From Anthoceros angustus (lineage: Eukaryota > Plantae > Anthocerotophyta): DNA of 64,000 nucleotides. The stretch spans positions 1,674,001 through 1,738,000 of the forward strand of contig MU008161.1 in NCBI GenBank assembly GCA_010909165.1. Reading direction: 5' to 3'. The notes under the pieces were generated by a model, which saw nothing but the letters and a program-made list of their open reading frames with translations, was not told the origin of the DNA and ran no database searches. Position 1 is the first letter of the stretch, and each line of letters opens with the position of its first letter. Shown here one piece after another: positions 53,170 to 64,000 of this stretch. A program made the translations under genes and the position numbers.

Positions 53170-53549
53170 CTAACCAGGTAGTTTTTTAGAATCAAATTTG
53201 TTTTTACCTTCATATGATTCTTCTTGTATTTGTGGCACCACCCACACTTCCCACTGGTCGTCCAAAGTGTGAAGGTCTTGGATATCTTGTTCTAAGCGGG
53301 CAATATGTCTCCTTATGACTCCTTGAATCTTCTCCCTGTCCTCCTCAAAGTGTCTTTGCTCGTACCTCACATTTGGGTCACGTCTAGGGTCAAAACGCAT
53401 AGGACCTCTACGAAGACTTTCTGTGGTCCAAGTGTTAGGGAGTGATCTAGGAGGATAATTTGGAAGGGGAGGCAACATACTTAATGTTGGCACAGGTCGA
53501 GGAATCGCAGGTGTTGGAGCTAAGGATTCATTGCCTCTCTTGTTTGTAT
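53170..53549 (-). CDS. Antisense ORF or exon in the Copia 3' region (Pro-rich, then helical/coiled-coil)
   Basis: Open frame of >100 aa preceded by an acceptor-like TTGCAG; no family recognised. Confidence 0.4.
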
Positions 53550-53618
53550 CTGCAATAAGGCATGGACGGCAAGCATGAGAATGTGAAGCTGGTAACTATT
53601 AGAGGATTATGCTCAAGC

Positions 53619-54038
53619 TCAAATCTTCACCTTTAGCTCAGTCTCACGAATTATGTTAAGCTGCGAAACTGAAGAACAGATGAGCAACATCGCAGGCTTG
53701 CCCTTGCACACACGAGCAATTCTTGGCGCAAGGATCCCCTCTGCCTCAGTGCACACACGAGGATGAGGGCTTGTCGCAGATTGGGCGGGCTGCAACGCCG
53801 GATTGAGGAGAGCACCGTGCCTAGATGAAGTTGCACCTGGATTTCTCAGGGCGCCTCCTTGCACAAAGCTGGCCTCTATGTCCAGATCTATGGTGTGTGC
53901 AACTAGGGCGCCCCTAGGCGCTCTTCCTCCTACGCTCATCTGCGCCGTCCGTGCCAGCCTTTTTCTTGCCATTGCTGTGGTCGCCCCTCCGTGCCTTGCC
54001 ATTGGTTTCGGCCGTCTCCGCTTGTACAGAGCCTCCAT
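53619..54038 (-). CDS. Antisense accessory ORF in the Copia 3' region with a histone H3 N-tail-like motif (K9 position = Met)
   Basis: 139-aa ATG-initiated ORF; TAQMSVGGRAPRGAL vs H3 TARKSTGGKAPRKQL (9/15 identical); basic NLS-like KRRRPK. Confidence 0.6.
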   Translation of the reverse strand: MEALYKRRRPKPMARHGGATTAMARKRLARTAQMSVGGRAPRGALVAHTIDLDIEASFVQGGALRNPGATSSRHGALLNPALQPAQSATSPHPRVCTEAEGILAPRIARVCKGKPAMLLICSSVSQLNIIRETELKVKI

Positions 54039-54191
54039 CGCCTGTTCGCCATTTTTAAGCGATAAGGGGGAGCGGGGGGGAGAGGGGGTTGGTGAGCAGG
54101 GGCATGATGGTTATGTGGCCTTTAATGGCCATCTACCCTCCCCCCCATCAAACCCTACATGGACATGGCTTTTCGCATGCCCATGGGTACA

Positions 54192-57100
54192 TGTAAACGA
54201 TCTGGACTTGGAAACCCCTGTTGGGATGTGCCTGGAAGTGTTTTTTTTGTTTTTTTGGTCGAGTGTGGTGTGAAAATAAGTCAGGTTGACAGTAGGCAGA
54301 GGTATTTATAGAAGAAATGTCCTTGGCCTATGGTTTTTTTTTTTCTTGGCTTGATTTTTAGGTTAGAAAATAAATGGGCCGGGAACTTGGGTTCCTTGGC
54401 CCATGGACTTGGAATGTCCACCAAAAGTCTATATATGTGAGGTAGGGGGTTGGAATAATTAGAGTGTGATAGGTCTATAAGTTTGGGGTCGGCCAGCGGT
54501 GAATGAGTGTGGGGTTGTGGATTGGGATGTGGAAGCGGTCGTAGAGGTCGAGCAGGAGTAGGGGAACACAGGAAACTTAACCCTAGGAAATAACAACTTC
54601 TAGCCTTAGTGGTAGAAGGCGGAGGAGGAAGGCGGAGGAGCCCAAGGAGGAAAAATCGGATAGGCGGGAGTCGGTGGCGGCAGGCGGTTCGGAGGAGGAG
54701 GCGGGCGCACACGAAGGAAGGAGCTCCGAACCCCCACGGTGACATCGCGAATCGCGAGGAGGAGGAGGAAGGCGCTCAGACGGCGCTCCTTCTTGAGGAG
54801 GTAGGAACCACAGGCGGGCGGCGGTTGGAGGTGGCGTTGGGTGGTGAGGCCGAGGGAGGCTGTGAGAGGATGGCGCCCAAGGTCACCAACGAAATTGTGC
54901 TTGCCCAATGGCCAAACATGGATCATTGGAAAGTTCGAGGGAGGCTGGTGAAGGCTGAGCTGGGTTTCATGGAAGAGCGGTGGAATTACATGAACAGGGG
55001 CCGGTGTGGGAGTGTCGCCACGAAGGACAAAGGCGGGGGATTTAGAGCGCAGGATTGGGATGTGGAAGCGGTCGTAGAGGTCGAACAGGAGTAGGGGAAC
55101 CTGGGAAACTTAACCCTAGGAATGAAGTCCGCTCAAACAACGGAGCGCAACGGGCGGCCGGAGCGCAACGGAGCGCAACGGGCGGCCGGAGCGCAACGGA
55201 GCGCAACGGGCGGCCGGAGGAGGAGGCGGTTCGGAGGAGGAGGCGGGCGCACCCACGAAGGAAGGAGCTCCGAACCCCCACAGTGACATCGCGAATCGCG
55301 AGGAGGAGGAAGGCGCACGGACAAGGCCCCTTGCCGAGGAGGTAGGAACTCGAGACCGACCCCGTGAAATTCGCAGCGAGGTGGCGTTGATTTGAGGCGC
55401 GAGGCGGAGAGGGATGGCGCCAAGGTCACCAACGAAATTGTGCTTGCCCAATGGCCAAACATGGATCATTGGAAAGTTCTCGACGGAGGAAGTGGTGAAG
55501 GCTGAGCTGGGTTTCATGGAAGAGCGGTGGAATTACATGAACTTGGGTTCCTTGGCCCATGGACTTGGGAGGAAAGTTCTCGACGGAGGAAGTGGTGAAG
55601 GCGGGGGATTTAGAGCGCAGGATTGGGATGTGGAAGCGGTCGTAGAGGTCGAGCAGAGTAGGGGAACCCGGGAAACTTAACCCTAGGAATGAAGTCCGCT
55701 CAAACAACGGAGCGCAACGGGCGGCGGAGGCGGGCGGCGGAGGAAAGTTCTCGACGGAGGAGGAGGCGGGATGAGGCACGTGGCGGGCGGAGGAGGAGGC
55801 GGTTCGGAGGAGGAGGCGCGAGGAGGAAGGAGCTCCGAACCCCCACAGTGACATCGCGAATCGCGACGCTGGAGGAGGAAGGCGCTACGGACAGCGGCGC
55901 TCCTTGCTGAGGAGGTAGGAACCCTGGAGACTGACCCCCCAGGAAATTCGCAGCGAGGTGGCGTTGATTTGAGGCGCGAGGCCAGGGAGACTGTGAGAGG
56001 GATGGCGCCCAAGGTCACAACGGAAATTGTGCTTGCCCAATGGCCAAACATGGATCATTGGAAAGTTCGAGCTGGAGAACTGGTGAAGGAGCTGAAGCTG
56101 GGTTTCATGGAAGAACGGTGGAATTACATGAACTTGGGGAGTGGAGTCACCAAGGACAAACAAAGGGGATTTAGAGCGGCCGCAGGATTGGGACCGGAGT
56201 CGTTAGAGGGTGTATGGGCGAGGAGGAGGAGGCGGTTTGGTGATGGAGCCGTCCGGAAAAGAAGCAGGCGGGCGGCAGGCGGGGCCGCCACAGTTAAAGC
56301 GGGCGTAATTCGCGAACCGGTTGAGGGGTTGTAGCCTTGATTGATGGAGTCGGCGGTGGCTCCTATGTTTCTGCTGACACAAGAAGCAGGATTATTTGTC
56401 TGACCACTTGCTGCTGTTCCTTCATGAAGTGGTCAAGGGGGCGAAAATCGATTGGGGCGAATTCTCTTCGACAAGTTGTGTGAAGAGAGGTTGAACCTGA
56501 TTTCTTCTACCCCTCGGCCCTCTCTAATCTCACCATTTCTGGTCCATCTTTATGTTTCGCTAAGCACGCGGTGGAATTGTAGCCTCCCTCCACATGTGGA
56601 AGCCGGTTAGGGAGGTGAAGTGGGCGGAGGAGCCCAAGGAGGAAAAATCGGATAGGCGGGAGTCGGTGGCGGCAGGCGGTTCGGAGGAAGAAGGAAATTC
56701 CCACCAGCAAAGGAAGACCGGGGTGAAAGGCGGGCATCGTGAAAAGGTGAGGCGGATCGCGTCACGGTCAGCAGGCGCGCTCTGAAAATGAAAGCCAAGC
56801 GGCGGTTGGAGGTGGCGAAGAGGCGCGATCCGAGGACAATTTCTTGACGGATGCGATGATGAATCAACTCCGGAGGGTTTAGGGCGACCTCGAGCGGACC
56901 CCCCTCGGCATGGGAAGAGATTTTCAAGGGGACTCCAGCAGAGGTGGATGCAACCGAATTGGTGAGGTGCGCACCTTCTGGGAGGAAAGTTCTCGACGGA
57001 GGATGGCGTCTGGCGGGGCCGCCACAACAAGTGGACTTGCGGGACCACGTCGATGATCCGGGCCCAAGCGGTTGTTGGATCAAGCGGCTTTAGCTCTCAC

Positions 57101-60100
57101 GGCTCGGTGTGCGGGCGGAGGAAGTGGTGAAGGCCGGGTTTGTGAAGGAGGCCAAGCGCAAGCAAGCTGGAGGAAGACAAGCGGAACCTAGAAATAAGGG
57201 CCAAGATTCAAGAAGATTTGTGCGGGGCCGGAGAAGTTGCAAGCCATGGCGAGGTGAGGAAGCACTCATGGCTCAAATTAAGGATGCCCACGAGACGAAC
57301 CAGAGATGCGGGGAGTTGTTGCGAGCCGGGAGGCGGCCTCGGTGGAAAAGGCCCATAAGCTAGCGGGCGATATAAGCGGAGGCGGGATGAGGCACGTGGC
57401 GGGCGAGAAAAGACAAAGGGAAGGCGGAGGAAGTGGTGAAGGCGGAGGAGCCCAAGGAGGAGGCGGGGTAGCGGAAGGAACTACCGAGGAAGGAAGCAAA
57501 GAACCGAGGTAGCCGAAACCTCACCTACCAAGGTTCTTTGAGCGAGCGGCAGTCGTGGAGTCCACTACCGCGTGAGTCGCTTCTGACATTGGCGCATCAA
57601 CCCGGAAGTGGGCGGAGGCGGCGGCGCGGCGTGGCGCCTCGCGAGACATGGCGAGCAACCGGTGTAGCCTACGGGAGGAGGGTAAGCACCTCGGTGGGGT
57701 CCTATTATATTCGGCACATGGATGAGGAAACTTATGTTCTGGTCTATATGTGAATGGAGAACGCGTGCTTAACCTCACTCCATGTGCGTGTGGAAATAGG
57801 AGGGATCGGGGCCTACCTCGCAAGTGAGGACCCAGTGCATACTTCTACCTGCGCCGGTGTGGGGTTGGCTCCCTATTATGCGGAGGCGACTTTGGAGGAG
57901 TTGAGTGAGGAGGAGGTCGAGCTTGGGTGGACGAGGAACCGTAATAATCCTCGGCAATAGGCGGCGGCGGAAGATCACGGAAGCCCAGGCGGTACACCTC
58001 AAATTGGGCGTCCAGCGGTGGCGGTGAGGTGGAAGTAGTGTGGGAGAACCCGTCCACCAGCGGCGTGGCGGGGAGCTCGTGGCGGCAGGCGGTTCGGAGG
58101 AAGGAAATTCCACCAGCAAAGAGGAAGACCGGGGTGAAAGGCGGGCATCGTGAAAAGGTGAAGGCGGATCGCGTCACGGTCAGCAGGCGCGCTCTGAAAA
58201 TGAAAGCCAAGCGGCGGTTGGAGGTGGCGAAGAGGAGGCGCGATCCGAGGACAATTTCTTGACGGATGCGGATGATGAATCAACTCCGGAGGGTTTAGGG
58301 GTCGACCTCGAGCGGACCCCCCTCGGCATGGGAAGAGATTTTCAAGGGGACTCCAGCAGCGAGGTGGATGCAACCGAATTGGTGAGGGTGCGCACCTGGA
58401 GGAAAGTTCTCGACGGAGGGATGGCGTCTGGCGGGGCCGCCACAACAAGTGGACTTGCGGGACCACGTCGATGATCCGGGCCCAAGCGGTTGTTGGATCA
58501 AGCGGCTTTAGCTCTCACGGCTCGGTGTGCGGGCGGGAGGAAGTGGTGAAGGCCGGGTTTGTGAAGGGAGGCCAAGCGCAAGCAAGCTGGAGGAAGACAA
58601 GCGGAACCTAGAAATAAGGGCCAAGATTCAAGAAGATTTGTGCGGGGCCGGAGAAGTTGCAAGCCATGACGAGCAGGAAGCACTCATGGCTCAAATTAAG
58701 GATGCCCACGAGACGAACCAGAGATGCAGGGAGTTGTTGCGAGCCGGGAGGAGGCGGCCTCGGTGGAAAAGGCCCATAAGCTAGCGGAGGCGATATAAGC
58801 GGAGGCGGGATGAGGCACGTGGCGGGCGAGAAAAGACAAAGGGAAGGAAGCGGGCGGAGGAGCCCAAGGAGGAGGCGGGGTAGCGGAAGGAACTGGGGCG
58901 GAAGGAAGCAAAGAACCGAGGTAGCCGAAACCTCACCTACCAAGGTTCTTTGAGCGAGCAACGGTCGTGGAGTCCACTACCGGTAGTCAGCTACCGACAT
59001 TGGCGCATCAACCCGGGCGCGGGCGGGCGGCAGGCGCGGCGTGGCGCCTCGCGAGGACATAGGCGAGCAACCGGTGTAGCCTACGGGAGGAGGGTAAGCA
59101 CCTCGGTGCGGGGGGTCCTATTATATTCGGCACATGGATGAGGAAACTTATGTTCTGGTCTATATGTGAATGGAAGCGTGCTTAACCTCACCGCCCATGT
59201 GCGTGTGGAAATAGGAGGGATCGGGGCCTACCTCATGCAAGTGAGGACCCAGTGCATACTTCTACCCGCTGCGCCGGTGTGGGGTTGGCCCCTATTATGA
59301 GGCGACTTTGGAGGAGTTGAGCGAGGAGGAGGTCCGAGCTTGGGTGGGCGAGGCAGTAATAATCCTCGGCAATAGGCGGCGGAAGATCACGGAAGCCCAG
59401 GCGGTACACCTCAAATTGAGGCGTCCAGCGGTGGTGAGGTGGAAGTAGTGTGGGAGAACACAGTCCAGACCAGTGGCGTGGCGGAGAGCTCGTGGCGGCG
59501 GCAATGGAGGGCGTGGCGGGCGGCAGCCAGTCGAGGTAGGCGCGAGATAAGCGGTGATAGCATCCTAAAGATAATTTGGTTATCTTTGCCCGGACCTAGG
59601 ATCGCTCCGAATTGTGGGCGCGTCCCTTCATGATAGCCATCTTAGGACCTAAAATCCGGGCATGGTGCCCGGCCGATGTATAAGAGGGGCAATTATGTCC
59701 CTCACAGATAACTCTGGTTGAGATCCCCACGTTGCACATGGCTGGTTGGAGCGTCCGATTGAGAGGTGGTGTCGCGAGGCGCTCCTAGGGGTGGTCGAGA
59801 GCTTGCTCCAACCGGGAGGAGGGTGATGGAGCAATCTTTGCGACAAGGAGGAGGAAACCAAGGGATTGGCGCGGGCGGGTCCGGAGCTTGCTCGTAGCGC
59901 TCTGTGGCCTTGGGGTTCTTCTTTCCTTCACCTTGATCCACGGTTGTGTTCGAAATCGAGAGTGTTGAGTGGATGGTTGGAAGCTTCTTGAGCGAATTGA
60001 GAGAGAGAGAGAAGAGATCGGGTGAAGGAGAGATCAAATGCTGTACGCGATGCGAGGTGTGAGATCGTAAGTGGAAAGAGAAGGAGAGCGAATTGGGACG

Positions 60101-60722
60101 TTAACAGTGGAGAATTGTGTGTGTGGATTGTGAAACTCGAACCGGTGCTTGTAGTGGAAAGTGCACAAGGGAAACAACGTTTCTGGTGGAAATCGTGTGG
60201 GTGTGGCGCCCTTTCTGTGTGTGTGTGTGTGTGTGTGTGAGGAGCGGGTGTGAGGTATCCTAGGAACTTTGGTCCCTAGGAATCGGAGTGCGCATGAAGT
60301 GTGGAGTCACGAGAATAACACACGTGATCGTGTGGGTGTGGCGCCTTTGTGTGTGTGAGGATCCATGGCCGCGCCAGATGAGTTGCTAGGGTTTGGTGTG
60401 GGACCCACCTCGGTGGTTGTACTACCCGGTAGTGGTGAGAGTCACCGTGGTAGTGGCTCCGGAACGGGGGTCGTGGAACGAGATTTGCGGTCGGGAAGTT
60501 AGATCCGTGGTAGTTGGATGAGACAGGAGGTAGTCGTAGTTGAGTAGATAGGTGCGAGAAGTGGTAGCGGTCCAGTCCAGGCTTAGGCAAAGGTTGGTAG
60601 TGATAGAAGATAGCGTCTTTTGGCACAAACCATTCCCTTGGGAGCGAATCCCAGGACTACAACGACATTGAGGGTAAATGTGGACCTCACCGTGTCCCAC
60701 GACACGGGTTTACACAGCCACA
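54192..60722 (-). mobile_element. Nested TG...CA element (solo-LTR-like or non-autonomous) with a 5-bp TSD
   Basis: Starts TGTAAAC and ends GCCACA, flanked by GTACA at 54187-54191 and 60723-60727; internal duplicated units; its right end is homologous (inverted) to the element at 62066. Confidence 0.75.
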
Positions 60723-60828
60723 GTACATAACCGTTTTTTTCCGTCTAATAAAGACTACGTACTGGATATAGTTCTACCTCTAGTTACCTATACTAAACTG
60801 GTAATTTCTTTAATAATCTGTCTAGGTT

Positions 60829-60837
60829 AAGTAGGGG
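60829..60837 (+). promoter_or_regulatory. Polypurine tract
   Basis: AAGTAGGGG immediately before the 3' LTR. Confidence 0.75.
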
Positions 60838-60997
60838 TGTTAAAGATCAGAGTGTAGTTTAACATATCAGTTATTATGTATTTATTAACTTAGGGTTATC
60901 GGTGAACAGTCACTATGAACATTTATAAGACAATTTTGTGTTCATTTTCTTTAGTTGAATTTACAATCATTTTATGCTTCTGCTTATAAAAGTGATA
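60838..60997 (+). repeat. 3' LTR of the Copia element (TG...TA)
   Basis: Matches the 5' LTR and is followed by the TSD TCAGC. Confidence 0.93.
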
Positions 60998-62262
60998 TCA
61001 GCGGCAATCAACAGTTGGCCTGTGCCCATCCTACAAGATGCGCCTCCAGCAAGGCCTGACCTTCCAGAGGCTACAGTATAAACAAAAGATTTGGAGCAAC
61101 CGCCGTCCACGGCTAGCACCCATGCGTCCGCCTCGTAGAAGACAGGTATGACTGTCGACTCGATGTCAACTATCACCTCCAACACGATAATTTTTGAAGG
61201 GGGGGAATATAGTAACCCCCTTCGGTCGCCACAGCACCCCCTTGTCACGAAGAACACCTTACCTAGAATAGCATATGTGCCCTACTTTGATAATGCACAC
61301 ACCCTTTCTGAGGTCATACCAGTGATAAAAGATGCACTTTCAAGTGAACACCCTAGAACCGTGGGGTGCGGGCCCGTCTAACGCTTTGTAGAATGTTTAG
61401 AGGGCTGCCATTTTTATATGTTTATTACAAGAAAACTTTTACTTTGAAGTGGTGGAACACAATGAAAACAATCACAGTACTAGAGGGAGTCTCATTTTAA
61501 TCGTCGTAAGAACATTGCAACAAACATCTAAAGGAGGGAGTGGTCATCGGCATCGACAATAGTCATTGAAGAGTGCGGCTGGCGACTCATCCATGCCTTG
61601 CAACCAGGTCGAGAACCACCGCCATACTCGGGATCGGTCCATATCGTCGCCTCAAAGTTATCGTTCTCCTCCATTGCTTGCTCGTCTTCAATAGTATCAT
61701 TCCAGGCCCACCATCGGCGGTGTGGGCGCCTGACATCTAGGGTTTGCTGACCCTCATCCAAAAGGTCCCCAGTCGTAGTCTTCAACCTTCTGGCACTCAA
61801 TGCAACCACTTGGGCTTTAAGGCAATGCCAGCGTCCTTAAAATGAACAAAGTTAGTTGCCCATGCGCCCATGCAAGCATCCTTAAAATCAACAAAGTTGA
61901 GTTATTAAAAAGATATAAGTTTTGAACCCTGAACCTATTCATTACTAAACTTTTTTCCCAAACACTAGACCAACAATCCCAAGTTACAAACCAATTGAGC
62001 CACTACATATTCATTTTCTTAAAAAGACCTATGAGGAGGCGCCCGGCCCACCATCGGCGGTGTGTGTGGAATGGGTTTTGCATCCGAAGGCAAAGAGGCC
62101 ACATTTACCCTCTATGTCGTTATAGTCCTAGGATTCGATCCCAAGGAATGGTTTTGTGTCAAGATGTTCTAAACTATGGGTTCTAGTCCTCCTACAATCG
62201 GTTCCTACCTAGCCATAATCAACTACCGTGTCGAGCCACACGGCGTGGTAAGTTCGACCCCA

Positions 62263-62450
62263 CGTGGTGGGTTCGCCACCGCTGTGGTGGATTCCGCCAC
62301 GCCGTGGTGGATTCCGCCACCGCTGCAGTGGATTCCGCCGCGTGGTGGATTCGCCACCGCCGGTGGTGGATTCCGCCACCGCCGTGGTGGATTCCGCCAC
62401 CGTGGTGGGTTCGCCACCGCCGTGGTGGGTTCGCCACCGCCGTGGTGGGA
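62263..62450 (+). repeat. ~20-bp palindromic tandem repeat (gtggtggattccgccaccgcc), about 9 copies
   Basis: Directly visible; each unit can form a GTGGTGG/CCGCCAC hairpin. Confidence 0.9.
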
Positions 62451-62779
62451 CCCACCCGCCGCGTCGCGATCGACTATTTGGCGCCCGGTTCCGCCACGTT
62501 AAGGGCTATGGTCCTATGCACAGTTCACATGTACACCAAGTCACACTCATGTGGATTCACACCCGAGCTCACCGGTGGATGCGCACCATGGCCACGCACG
62601 CCGCGCACCTCACTCGTCGGATTTCCTCGACCCCACAATTTATTCCCAACCTTCCTCGGCGTTCGCGTTTTCCGGACTCTCGCTCACCACTTCCTAGACT
62701 CTCTTCACACGACTCACTCACCCCTTTCTTCTAGGACCTCATACACCACCGCGCACAAGATGCTCCACAGATCCCCTCT

Positions 62780-62895
62780 CTTGGGCCACACAGACCTCCT
62801 TGGGCCACACCCTCCTTGGGCCACACCCTCCTTGGGCCACAGACCTCCTTGGGCCACACAGACCCCTCCTTGGGCCACAGACCCCTCCTTGGGAT
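62780..62895 (+). repeat. Tandem ~16-21-bp repeat (ttgggccaca(ca)gacccctcc)
   Basis: About 6 copies visible. Confidence 0.85.
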
Positions 62896-64000
62896 TAGAC
62901 ACAATCTGGTTAGGCAGTGGTTGGGAAAGGAAAAAAACAGTGGTTGGCTCCACAGCGATTCGCACACCGATCTCACCCGGTCCCCGGAATTTCCCTCTCT
63001 GGCATGCATTGAGCACCCTTCACCACTAGTCACCCAGACGGAGCTTGGTCACTCGGCTCTCGACCATCCAGGATCTCCCGGCCCTCTTGTGAGAGGGACA
63101 CCGAATCAGCCCATCATCGATTGGATGTCTCCAACCAACCACGCGCACAAATTCGACACACGGAGCTCACACGAAATTGTCTCAAGAGAGACACTCAAGG
63201 GTCTCTTATACTGGGCAGCCATAGCTCACTTTCCGGTCTAAAGATGGCTAACCTACCTCCGGTGTTTAAAGATGGCTAACTTACCACAAGCGCCTACCAA
63301 TTCGGTATCTACAAATTCACAAGCTTCCTAGCACCTTATCCTCTAATCCAAGTGAAAGCCTCGACCTATGATGCCGCTCCCTCTAAAATCACAGCTGCGG
63401 GCCGCCTAGCCTCGCGCCCATGGGTGTTCCTCGCTCTCCTACCACGCCTCGATCCGAAGATCCTCCCTTAATATCTCCACCTCACTCCCGCTATCCGAGG
63501 TCCCTTCACTCCTCCTAGGAGGCGCCCGCCCTCACCGCCCGCACGTTTCCTCGCCTCATCGCCGGACAGCCAAACGTGCCTCCATCCATGCTCTAGCCTC
63601 CGCCTTGCTCATTTCCTCGAGCACAACTGTGAAGGGTATGCCCGGCTCGTGGACAATCCAGTGGTTGCTTCGGAACTGAGGTTGCATCCTCCCTCGCTCT
63701 CGACCATCCAGGATCTCCCGGCCCTCTTGTGACGAGGGACACCGAATCAGCCCATCATCGATCGGATGTCTCCAACCAACCACGCGCACAAATTCACACA
63801 CGGAGCTCACACGAAATTGTCTCATTAAGAGAGACACTCAAGGGTCTCTTATACATCCGCAGGCTACCATAGCTCACTTTCCGGTGTCTAAAGATGGCTA
63901 ACCTACCTCCGGTGTTTAAAGATGGCTAACCTACCAAGCGCCTACCAATTCGGTATCTACAAATTCACAAGCTTCCTAGCACCTTATCCTCTAATCCAAG

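Larger units (their letters stand above)
49802..60997 (+). mobile_element. Ty1/Copia LTR retrotransposon, internally deleted, with a nested insertion
   Basis: Two 160-bp LTRs (~95% identical), PBS, PPT, TSD TCAGC at 49797-49801 and 60998-61002, and gag/PR/RT/RNase H relics. Confidence 0.93.
62066..64000 (+). mobile_element. Start of a second element related to 54192-60722, running off the window
   Basis: Begins TGTGG; shares gaggccacatttaccctc..atgtcgtt.tagtcct.ggattcg.tcccaagg, ctcttatacatc and taagatggcta-like motifs with the reverse complement of 59630-60722. Confidence 0.65.

Noticed and set aside
61003-61381. Possible older Copia fragment flanking the insertion (PVIKDALSSEH)
   Set aside because: Similarity too weak to support.
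63050-64000. ~300-bp duplication (63050-63350 and 63695-64000) as LTRs
   Set aside because: No TG/CA ends, PBS or PPT; indel noise suggests a local duplication or assembly artefact.

Overview
Eukaryotic nuclear DNA from a compact land-plant genome. Introns are short GT-AG (~85-120 bp), there is a PLS-class PPR, and the centriole gene OFD1 implies flagellated sperm; a hornwort-like bryophyte is my inference. Bases 1-15.5 kb are gene-dense: RPL10 3' end, a GT61 glycosyltransferase, a LINE relic, then tightly packed PET117, SAMBA, farnesyltransferase-alpha and a PLS-PPR, and an F-box/FBA lectin gene. 17.5-30.9 kb is an indel-rich repeat block of tandem gene-like units, followed by a PIF/Harbinger relic. 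Next come an internally duplicated MIP1-leucine-zipper/DUF547 gene, OFD1 and a CCR-like reductase. 49802-60997 is a deleted Ty1/Copia element with 160-bp TG..TA LTRs, a tRNA-Met PBS and a TCAGC TSD. Its 3' region carries an antisense ORF with a histone H3 tail-like motif that has Met at the K9 position (TAQMSVGGRAPR), a candidate transposon-encoded H3K9M mimic and the top finding. A 6.5-kb TG..CA element (TSD GTACA) is nested in the Copia, and a relative starts at ~62.07 kb. Several duplications look like noisy long-read consensus, so some frameshifts may be artefacts.
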